Source: Gnetum montanum | Taxonomy: Eukaryota; Plantae; Gnetophyta | DNA length: 64,000 nt | Reading direction: 5' to 3' | NCBI GenBank assembly: GCA_015680685.1 | Contig: MNCI01001825.1 | Span: forward strand, 1,222,642-1,286,641 | Shown here: one piece after another, positions 53,313-64,000 of the stretch | Layout of the letters: each line of letters starts with the position of its first letter | How positions within the stretch are numbered: the stretch's first letter is position 1 | Notes under the pieces: generated by a model | The model's input: only the letters and a program-made list of their open reading frames with translations | Database searches by the model: none | What the model was told of the DNA's origin: nothing | Program-made: the position numbers and the translations under genes

Positions 53313-56300
53313 TTGGCGCCATTGCCGAGGATGGTGCTAGTTATCTAGATTAGTTATATCATACAAGGTCGCTGTATAGGAATTAACGATATATATTTTA
53401 AGAAGAATTAATTACAAAAATTCACATACGAATTCACACACAACTTCACAACCATGCCTCTCCTACAAGACTATGATAATGTCATACCTAGTAGGGAAAT
53501 TCATTGGAGAACCAATGAATTATATGAAAATGAAGATTGGAGTATGTAATCTGAGGTAGGGGTTTCTTACAAACATAAACGAAGGCAACATCGTCCCAAC
53601 ACATGAAAGCATAACTTACCCGATGATGATGAACCCCTACTAGCCACTACAAGCTTAACGCAAATACAAGAGGTTGTTCGAATCTCCCGTAGGCATCATA
53701 AAGAGAGCCACCTAGCTAGGCTTGATTTAAACAACTTCCCTAATTTTCAGGAGGCTATGAATTAGATCCACATCAACATTTACAAGCCTTCTATGATGCC
53801 TACACANATTTTCCAAGGAAAGGCTAATGTACCATATCATTGATGGGATACATAATGAAACAAGAGAGACCTTAGGAATGTATGCCCAAGGTCAACTATA
53901 CGAACTACAAACCCATCAAGTTCAAGAGCTTGTTAAGTGGGTAGCAAAAGAAGAAGGAGAAATGGCTAGATGGGAGAGTGTTGAAAAACATCAACGGGAC
54001 CAAAATCTCAACGTAACAAAGATCTATGATCATAAAAAGCAGAAATCAACCAATCACAAGGAGAAAGAACCATCTTTGCCGATACAATAATCGTTAGAAG
54101 AAGTTGAGGCAAAGATCAATAAGAAGTTGGAATGGACATATAAAAAGTGTGGAGAATATATTGATATTATTGAAGATAGAGTTTTGACAACCCAAGAAGT
54201 AGGAAAAAACAGTAGAAAATCAGAAAGAAGAGATAAGAAAAATAAGAACTCAACTGCCAATCATATGTATGAATGTAACATATGCTTGTACGATAACCCC
54301 AATGGCCAATGCCCAATATTGTTACATTTACATGAGCATTGGAGAAACACGTTACATCTAGAGTCCGTACAGAGATACTATGTTTGATCACAGTGGAAGC
54401 AATCCCAGTCATGGGGAGACCACCCTTAGACTGAAGACATCCTTCATATCATCCGAATCCAAATGGTTATCAAGTTCAACATCCTGTTTCTCTAGCTGAA
54501 CCAACATACTCTATCTCATTGCATTATCATTCTCCACAATACTATTAGCCCATGCCTTCAACATAACCATTGCCTTGTGTATCCTACACTTCTCCTTAGT
54601 TTCAACATTCTCATCCTTTCCCTCCTTCTACATTGCCACCAGTTGTTCCTAATGTGTCTGCACCACAAAAAAAATCCCCAAATGTCACTTGTGCTAATAC
54701 TACTAACAGTGAGAGACCTCGGCAACATCAAAAGCATCCTTTCTTTAAACATGATCATAAGAAGGGACAACATAATTCCAAGGCCACTGCATCCTCCAAC
54801 TCAGCACAAGCCCAACCTTGTGGTGCTCCCTTACCTTCGAACCCAATGCCTTATGTAACTTCATCAGGGCCACCAACTAACACTCCAACAACCATACGAC
54901 CCAATGAACACAATCATGGAAGGCAACATCCCGATCCTTGCATACCATCTAGTGGTCCTAAATATCATAGTGGGTGAACTCATTATCCAGGAACTACATC
55001 GTATAAATTGCCCCACTATGCTTACTACAATCATGTGTGTGACACCCGATGGGATAAGTATGGCCAAGTCCCAATATTTCCAACATACAAGGATCCCCAT
55101 ATTCATTTATTAATACTTTCCATCCTCAATTGTTTAGCTATGAGGGATATCCCCCATTCTANACATCCTCAATTGTTTAGCTATGAGGGATATCCCCCAT
55201 TCTAATAGCAAGTAGGATTAATAAATACTTTTCATTTTCTTTAATTTTACAACTTTTTGTTTTCTAGTTTTTCATTTTTCAATTTCTTGTTTTATCTTTT
55301 TGTCTTTTTGTCTCTTTACATTTTTATAAGTAATCTCATCTATGAATAAAACATTCATGTGGATCATTGGTTGAGGTGTGTTCTATGTTGTCAGGTCTCA
55401 AGTAATCAATTATGTGGACAGTGAGCCCGTTACACCCACTCATCCATTCTACAAATAAGAGGTTCTGTTCAAGGGTACAATGATATTCTTGACATTTTTA
55501 AAAACTTAAAATTAATTTTTTGTTCATTGTACCTATAATAAAGAAGGATGGACCAAGAGGGAATGATTAGGGTGTGACATCAAGGGGACTTGTGGATTCT
55601 CTTTGGTGACATCTGTGGCAGTTATCATGCAATGTGGTTGTACTAAGATCCTTGTAGATCTAATGATCAATGGGAGTAAGAGTAATCAAAAGGGCACTCA
55701 AAAATTCAATGGTGTTCTAGGGGACCCCACTGGAAAGACATGCATCCATGCCTGAAGGTTGGTGGCTTCTCTAGATTCATTCATTCAAAAAAGAAAAAAA
55801 AAGGAAGAATAAAGAAAAGTGCCACAAAACAAAAATCACTCCTCCCTTGAATAAATGCCAAGTGATTGTATGCCTTGTTGTTATGGTACTCTCATAGTCA
55901 TTCATCATGGGATGAAAAAATGTGGTGTCATTGATTAGAGGAATGTACTTGGTCCTAATCTTGGAATGATGGGTTAATGACACGATAAACATGATTTTCA
56001 CATAGGATTCATTGTGCCTTGAATCAGTTACCTCATGTCCCAATCTCTACAATCCCTTCTATAGTTTGTCTCATCTCACTGTTTGGGTAATTGTAGCTCG
56101 TGTTGTATGTAACATAGAATTCTTACCTCATTCTGGTGATAATTACGTGTGTGTGTTTTGTGGAATCAATACGGAGTACATTTAACCCTTCTAGTGCCCA
56201 CGGACACTTTAAGTGTCGTTACACAAGGGCATTATAGGTTAGAACCTACTTTGGGGAGGACCCACTTATGTAATATTTGCTTATGATACAACTCACACAT

Positions 56301-57088
56301 ACCATTTCTTACCCTCAACCTATTTTTCATAACATTCTTTCCCTATTATCATCATCCCTCTGAATCAACGTTCCTATGAACCATCACATAGCCTTTTTCT
56401 CCCATCNNNNNNNNNNNNNNNNNNNNNNNNNNNNNNNNNNNNNNNNNNNNNNNNNNNNNNNNNNNNNNNNNNNNNNNNNNNNNNNNNNNNNNNNNNNNNN
56501 NNNNNNNNNNNNNNNNNNNNNNNNNNNNNNNNNNNNNNNNNNNNNNNNNNNNNNNNNNNNNNNNNNNNNNNNNNNNNNNNNNNNNNNNNNNNNNNNNNNN
56601 NNNNNNNNNNNNNNNNNNNNNNNNNNNNNNNNNNNNNNNNNNNNNNNNNNNNNNNNNNNNNNNNNNNNNNNNNNNNNNNNNNNGACTTGCGATTGAGTGA
56701 CCCTTTCTTTTCTAACTATATCTTGCTCACTGGTACTCCGATTTTAATTCCGTCTGAACCTACTTGAACCTAGAGTGTTCAGCTTAGTCATGGGGGAGGG
56801 ACATCTACTGAAAAGCACCTAAATTTTTTGGAATTTATCATCACCCAAAGAAAATCATTTAGGGTAATTAACTATAACACTTAGAATGACTGTGCCTCAA
56901 AATCATTTAATCCCTAGGTATACAAGGAAACTAAAACTTTGAAACCACCTAAGTCACAGGACTCATCATTACAAAATTTTAAGCAAAGATCACATGGAGA
57001 TAAAATAAGAACATTAATTAAGGCAAACAGTAAGGTATAACTCAATTTTAGAAACAACCTTACTAACACTTGACCCGTGCGATTGCAG

Positions 57089-59878
57089 ATGGCCCCGAAA
57101 CATGGAAAACAATAAGGTCCTACCCAAGGTGGAAGTAAGCAATCTTGGAGAGGTAGAAGATAAGATCCTACCAGATAATATGTAGAATAGGAGGAACAAT
57201 CATTTAGCATTCATCAAGAAGAACCTCCTACTGGATAGTCCAAGCAAGTAGAAGGAGGAGCTGCCAAAGCACCTGAATAGGGACAATAGCTCACGTTGCC
57301 CCAAGATTGTGTTCAGGCCATCCATGAGAAGTCCACATTCACTATGGTGATTATGGAATTAAACTTTGAATCATTTGCAGAGTTCACTTCTGAGGCTGTT
57401 AGGGATCACCTCAAAGGATCTCCCTTATGGCATATCCTCTCTAAAAGCGGTGCCTGGTACCTAGGAGAGACGTACCAATTTTGGCCCAATAGGGAGCAAG
57501 GCACCACTATCAATATTTGTGGTGTGAAAGTTGACTTTTTCATGTAGGCCATTTCAAAGGTGTTAAAACTTCGAATGCAGGGCCCAGCGTTGCTCAGTTT
57601 TCCACCCGTTTCAGACCCCAATGTGCGAAAGGATTAGTTGGAGAAGGCTTATGGTAGAGATAAAACATTTGGTGAGTTGACGATGGAAGAGAGGGTTTAC
57701 TTCAAAATTGGAACACATCACCTCTTCCCCACAAAGAGCCTGAAAAGAATATCAACGTATATAGCTAGAGGATGTGTAGTGATGATGGAAAAGATTAACG
57801 CTAACCTACCTCATCTATATTTAACAGAGATCCTGAGGCAATTCAAGGAACGAAAGATAGGGAAAATGGTGTTGTATTTCCCTTGTCTTATTAGAAAGCT
57901 TTGCCGATGTGCTGTTATTCAGGGGTACACTAATGGCGTCCTCCGAAAATCCCAGACTGCTTCATATGCTAAATTACTAAAGGTGCCAGCTCCGAGAAAA
58001 AGCACTGGCGAAGAGCTGGGACCAAAACAAGAAGAAGAACAGATGGTTGGACCAACTACAACTCAACTTGCAAGATCTAGTCAACCTCTGGGCATGGGTC
58101 CTAGCCAATAATAGGAAGCAAGGCCTAGCACAGGCTAGGATCAATAGCTGTCACAAGACTATAGACCATCGATGAGCCATCTTAGGGCCATCGCTGAGAT
58201 GATCAGTTGGGGAAGTCATGATGATGCAAACCTCTTCTGCGTCATTGATGATTCCATTTAGCCTACAGTTTTGTTGGATTACATAAGGGAGGAAGTATCC
58301 ATTCACATAGGAGGAGGGGAAAGTAGATGGTCACAACAGATCTCAAGAAACGTGACCTCTTTCTAGGTGTAATTAGAAATTGGTGAAGGGGCCACCATGG
58401 TGGTCATGCAACACCAGGATGCTATGAGTGCTATAGAAGTGGTTGCAAACCACATCAAAGAATCCTTCAACGTACCTATTGTGCCACTGGTAGATCTCAC
58501 AAGAGCGCGGGATGCTCAAACTTTGGCCGAAACCTCAATGACTCTTGTGAAACATGAGGATGCACTTGATCGATTACTCCAAATAGGGGCAAGTAATGAC
58601 ATCCCTCTTTGATAGCACTCAAGATGTTACAACAATTCAATCATACCTCATTTCCACAAAGGGGAAGCTGGTCTTAATAGAAGTGAGGGCCGAGCATGCG
58701 GAAGTAGAAGTGAAGAAATTACAAGAGTAGCTCATAACCCTAAAAGGAGCATATCGGGACCCTCTGCAATTTGTTCCAGTAGACCAACTAGATAACTTTA
58801 GAACTAAGAAACTAACCAAATTAATTGTAGAGAATAAAAAGGTGGATGAAAAAAAGGAGAAGGCTGTTTGGGATGCCTCTGCAGCATAGGCGTAAACTCA
58901 TGCGCATCTTAAGGCAGTCAAGGCCTTACAAGAAGAAAACAAGTAACTTGTTTTAGAAAACCTTTGGTTGACCACTACAGAAAAGTAGAAGAATGTTCTC
59001 AAGGAACACTTTCATCAATTACGAGAATAATTTATCTGGGTGAATCGAGACGTAAGCCGTTTAGTTAGAGAAAATCGAACCCTCTCGATGGAGAAGGTAC
59101 ATGCCATTCGTCAAAAGTTAGCTATCAGAACGATGATAAAAGACATGAGAAGCTGAAGGAGCACTTCTGCAATTAGGTGGGGATGTATAAATAGATCCTT
59201 GAAAAGGAGATCCATATGGCCAAGGCCCAAATCAACATTGTCAGTGCTCAACACACTGACTGGTGGGCCATATTGGACACATATGCCTTCGCCCACCAAG
59301 CAGAATCTAAAAGTTGGGACCTACAAATTCAGGATCTAATTGAATACATGGATTTGGCAAACCTCAGATATGCCAACCTTGCCATGTTAATAGCAGGATG
59401 CCTGAGGATAGAGGTCAAGTAGCAAGTAGCAACCACCCACATCAAATACGAAGCATAATTTGCAGAGTGCAAGAAGCTAGTGGAGAAACTAGAAGTTGCA
59501 AATTCTGAACTTGAGGTGGTAAAAGCCATCTACCAAGGATAGAAAGGTGTCACAATGGACTTAGCTTAATGGCTAGTATATTTTTAGGAGTACAAGGATA
59601 AAGCCAGAGCCTATGAGGAGGAACGACAGGTGTTCACGGCTTAGTATGTCAAGGCCAACCAAATGTTTCTACAACTACCCTGTCCGTGGGAAGTGTCGAC
59701 TCCATTAAACATTGGAACATTAGCATAGATGGCACAAGACCCTCAAACTAAAGAGGAGAAGCTCCAGGCCATACTTCAACACCATCAAGCCTCAAAACCT
59801 GAGCACAAGACAAAGGGAATGCACCAATGGAGGAGCCACTGCCACCTGGAACTACATGACTTCCATCCATTTTTGTAG
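57089..59878 (+). pseudogene. Athila env-like/accessory ORF (plant transposon domain plus coiled coil), many stops
   Basis: CTAAC..TTGCAG|ATGGCCCCGAAA puts an acceptor directly before MAPK. ORF-track fragments at 57296, 57638, 58397 and 59216 share one frame. Motifs INICGVKVDF and VLYFPCLIRKLC are typical of Athila extra ORFs. Confidence 0.8.
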
Positions 59879-60022
59879 GTGTAGAACATTTGTGTTGTGT
59901 CTTTATTTTTTTTTCATTTCACACTGCGGCATAGTCCCATTTTCAGCATCCAATAATCCCATACCTATCCACTGTGTAATAACTATAACTCGAGGATGAG
60001 TTTTCATTTAGTCGCAGGGGTA

Positions 60023-60821
60023 TGATGAGTCATGTTTTGGGCAACTACAATATCACGTATGTGATATCGCAACCTGCCACCAGTTCTATAAATAAGAGGC
60101 AGCTCTCCCTTGTTTCAGATCCATTTTTTAGTCCCTTAGCCAAACTCTAGTAGTTTTATCCCTCTAGAGATAGAATTATTTTCTAGTGTATGCCTGCAGT
60201 GTGATGATTGTAATTGTACGACATCCTTATTCAAGTGTGATGTACTTGGACATGCACATGACCAAAAATAAAGATCAAGATTACTTCATCATTGGCATTC
60301 AGTTAGTTTAATTATTTATTTATTTAATTGTTATTTACTTCTATCCTAGTTAATCTCTCTCACCCTTATCTCATGTTAATATGCGAAATGAGTATGACTT
60401 GATTATGAGCATTTAAGTGTGACTACTTGGTAACCGAGTAGCGTACCTAGCATCTGTGCTTGGTAATCCTAGTGGTAGTCATGCAGGAAGTCCAAGATGT
60501 GTACGGATAATCAAGGAATGGATGCTCATCCCACTTAGGCTAGATTAGATTCTCTTACCCTTTTTCTCCTAGCTTAGCTTAGTTAATATTATCTTCCATT
60601 GCCTCAGGAGTAGCATTAGATTAGAAACCCATCATACACCTTGCTCTGGACTAAACCATACATGAAAAAGCTAATACTAGTCCATGTAGGAAGATAGTGA
60701 ACTGCAACCTAAGGCTAACTATTTAGATGCCATAACTAGTCCATCTGCGGAGTTCGACTGGATCGTACGTGTAATGCTCGTATTCATATGGTTGAGTGTA
60801 GGGGTACCTCGCCACTCATCA
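60023..60821 (+). repeat. Athila-like 3' LTR (799 bp)
   Basis: Matches 52526-53312 and is followed by the TSD GTATG. Confidence 0.95.
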
Positions 60822-61228
60822 GTATGTCTCCCACTCTAGAGAGATAGAAAAGGGGGCAGCCAATGCTTTAGATGATGGATTTGTGTAGATTCTCTTACCC
60901 TTTCTCTCCTAGCTTAACTTAGTTAATATTATCTTCCATTGCCTCAGGAGTAGCATTAGATTAAAAATCCATCATACACCTCGCTCTGGACTAAATAATA
61001 TGTGACAAAGCTAATACTAGTCTAGGTGGGAAGATAGTGAACTGTGACCTAAGGCTAACTATCTAGATACCACAACTAGTCCGTCTGCGAAGTTTGACTG
61101 GATCGCACGTGTAATGCTCGTATTCGTATGGTTGAGTGTAGGGGTACCTTGCCACTCATCAGTATGTCTCCCACTCTAGAGAGATAGAAAAGGGGGTAGC
61201 CAATGCTTTAGATGATGGATTTTTGTAG
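60546..61228 (+). repeat. 340-bp tandem duplication spanning the LTR end and flank
   Basis: 60546-60885 is repeated at 60886-61225. Each unit is 276 nt of LTR plus TSD plus flank, with TAG microhomology at the junction. Confidence 0.9.
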
Positions 61229-61880
61229 GTCAACCTACAACCCACATGAACTGGAGATGAGGTCAATATCTACTTTAAGCTTTTAAGCTTAAGGAATTGG
61301 AGCATTAATGACAACCATATTATCATTCACATACTTTTGAATGTCTTGGCCAAGGAAGGGATATATCTAAACTAATATAAGATAAACATGCATCTAAGAA
61401 TTTAGAAAATATAGTGACAAGATATGGTGATATGGGGTCACCTTGTCTTAGACCTTGAGACAAGATAAATCAACTAGATTGGTGGTTTTGTACTTAACTG
61501 CATACATGGTTGTTGCCAAGATATAACAAATGCAAGGAATCCACTGATCTCAAAATCCTAGTAGCTACATAAATGAAAGTAAGGCTTCTCAATTGATAAT
61601 ATCATAAGCCTTAGCCTAGTCTATTTTAACAACCATCATTGATGTGTTAGACGTGTAAGCCAAATGTAGGTTTTCATGCATCATAACGATACCATTAGTG
61701 ATATTCTTCCTACAAATAAACTTGGATTGTGATATTTTTCTAGGACATAATTTCATACTATAGGAATAATTCCATATTGAACAACAGATGATCACTAACA
61801 TAATATAAATGAAGGAGTTTTTTGTATTAAGAAATAAAATGTGAATTGAGTTTGCTTGTGCTTTATTCAAATCATGGTCT
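61229..61880 (-). mobile_element. L1-type LINE reverse transcriptase (decayed), right part
   Basis: QSKFI..NITNGIVMMHENLH..MVVKID*AKAYD, GLRQGDPISPYLV (~61460-61420) and YVNDNMVV at the FADD-equivalent position. Continues into 52525 once the Athila element is removed. Confidence 0.85.
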
Positions 61881-63085
61881 CTAGTAATATGTGTTACTCC
61901 TTCCCCATTGTAAATAGCTTAAAATCATGATCTCTAGTAAGATGGAGTCACCATGCCCCTCATCCAAGTATTATTTCATTTATTATATATTACATATGTT
62001 AATTTAATTATTTTTTGAAATTGACATTTAAATTATATGTATATAGTATTTAACAATCTTTCACAATGAGGAATACTTTAAAAAGAAAATCATTTAAAAC
62101 CATTATACATACACCAATTTTATACATAAATAACAATGCAAGTATTTTTTTTTCTTTTTATAGAAAAAAAATTAGTTCCACACATTATCTTTTTTGTTAT
62201 GGCTTAACTAATAACATTCTATGCACCTTAGTTTAGTAAACTATCCTAGAGGATACCTAACATACCTACTATCAACTATCTCAATAAATGTTAAAATTTT
62301 TTACCACTAATACACCAATGAGGGAAATAAGATATACCTAAAATCTTATTTAAAAAAATTTAATAACTTTCTAGACCTAGTAAACATTATATTTCTTAAA
62401 TGACAGTGAGTGTAGAATAGGAAATCACATCCTAATAGTGACCATAGCTTTGCTTGAAGACAGTGATTGCAAAATCATGTTCTAGTCTCCCTTGTCATGA
62501 AAATATCATTTTCTCTACTAATTGATTTCTACTAGATGTACTAAATTTCTTTTATTTTTCTTCATAAATCTCACCACTAATGTGAATAAATTAAAAAACT
62601 AAAAAAGTTTTAGGTTCTCTATTAGATTTGTTTATGCTCTGTATGATTAATTCACTCATGAAGAGTTAATTGTCTAGAAAAAAAATATTTCTATCTATTA
62701 TTATAAATCATATTCAATAAATGTAATGCACACATAAAATAGATAATAAAAATTTATGATTACTTCAAAATTTTCTAGTTCCTTAGAAGATTTATTCCAA
62801 TTTTTATTGTCATGAAAATGTCAATTTTTCTACTACATGATTTATCTTTCATAATAATTCTAAGGTTATTATCCCATAGTACAATGATACTATGAAAATC
62901 AAGATATGATATTTAAAATTCATAATTCTCTAAGCTCTAACATTGTTGATATGATGATCATGTTANAAGTTGGAAGCAAGTGAAGGACCTAACGGAATAC
63001 CAACAGGTTCTGAACATTTAAAATTATTAAAAGTTGGTTCCCTGACACAGCAGTAGCAAGTTGAAACCCTGACCCAGCAACAGCA

Positions 63086-63540
63086 ATGGCGGAAGCGGAA
63101 ACGCGGAGTAGGAGGAAGAAGCCTTTGAAGATTGTGATAGCGTCAGACTCATTCAGCTGCGAACAGAAAGAGACGCTAATCTCGCACCTCAAATCCAAGG
63201 GTGTCGCGGTGGAGGACCTCAGCAACGACAAGTATTACATCGCCAGTGACCGTGTGGGCAGGGCCGTGAGCAAGGTGTAGGCACAGTAGGAGGAGTAGAA
63301 GGACATTTGTGGCCTCGTTGCTTGTGGAACTGGCATTGGTGTAGCAGTTTTCGTGAACAAGCTTCCAGATGTCTATGCCGTGACGTGCTCCTCCGTGGAT
63401 GACGCCCAAAATTGTAGATCCATTAACAACTCCAACGTCATCATCGTTGGTGGAATGTTCACCAATCCTGATGAAGGAGTTAAGATTTTGGATGCCTGGC
63501 TCCAAATAGATTTCAAGGCCCCCTGTCCCACCAGTTCTGA
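63086..63540 (+). pseudogene. DRT102: DRT102-like (RpiB/LacAB sugar-phosphate isomerase domain) pseudogene, 3'-truncated
   Basis: LKIVIASDSF..LISHLKSKGVAVEDL..KYY..VGRAVS, then in the same frame GLVACGTGIGVAVFVNKLPDVYAVTC..DAQNCRSINNSNV..ILDAWLQIDFKAPCP. Three in-frame TAG at 63278, 63287 and 63296. No C-terminal cupin visible. Confidence 0.85.
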
Positions 63541-64000
63541 ATGTTTAAAATTATCAAAGGATGTAAAGGTTTCGGTATTGAAGATAAACACAAATTCTCG
63601 GCATTTTCGAGAGGCAGAGGTTACAACAGGTGCAGATCCTTACGGAACACACGACAACATTTCCTAACGCGGTAGCTGAGTCTTCTCCTGTGGTGGCAGT
63701 TGCTGGTAACGATTTTTGGCCGAAGAAGATATTTTGAATCAGTTGCAGGCAGTTGCAGCATCGGTGCCTTCACCTTTGGGCTCGTATTTCGGCCATCCTG
63801 AATTTTAACTTCAATTATTAGGAATAAGAAAGGATAAATTAACTACCGCTACCACCAATAAGGTGGATATTATATTATATTTTTATGGTAAAATCTTAGA
63901 GATTAATAACACTTAGTATTTAAAATTTAAATTAAATTAAATTAGATTAGGGAATTTAGACTTATTTTAATAAACTACTTTTAAAGGAAATATTTATAAT

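Larger units (their letters stand above)
52526..60821 (+). mobile_element. Athila-like Ty3/gypsy LTR element, apparently non-autonomous (no RT/INT visible)
   Basis: LTRs 52526-53312 and 60023-60821 (TGATGAG...CTCATCA), TSD GTATG on both sides, PBS TGGCGCCATTGCCGAGGA (tRNA-Asp type, typical of Athila) at 53314, PPT-like AGTCGCAGGGG at ~60010. A 277-N gap at 56407-56683 could hide sequence. Confidence 0.92.

Noticed and set aside
55121-55204. Exact ~41-bp direct repeat
   Set aside because: It is separated by a single N (55162), typical of a scaffolding artefact.

Overview
A eukaryotic, plant-like window made almost entirely of nested, decayed transposons, with several assembly gaps and no intact host gene. 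It holds two related but diverged Ty3/gypsy Tat-type LTR retrotransposons: element A (+, <1-16304) and element B (-, 30614-49960, TSD GATAA). Both have a tRNA-Asn PBS and RT-RH-aRH-INT domain order. It also holds a Ty1/copia remnant into whose integrase A inserted, an apparently non-autonomous Athila-like element (52526-60821, TSD GTATG) inserted into an L1-type LINE, a U2AF35 gene fragment and a DRT102/RpiB-like pseudogene. The main discovery is the architecture shared by A and B. Gag-protease is separated from RT-RH-aRH-INT by 5-6 kb, and that spacer holds an antisense gene of at least 8 exons (about 1000 codons). Its exons are homologous between A and B, and its seven introns match in position and phase (0,2,1,1,1,1,0). 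Pol starts at its own conserved ATG just after a splice acceptor. Arrays of a shared ~23-nt motif follow both gag-pro and integrase, and family-specific ACGC-core hexamers are scattered through the non-coding parts. All alignments and counts were done by eye, and no database searches were run.
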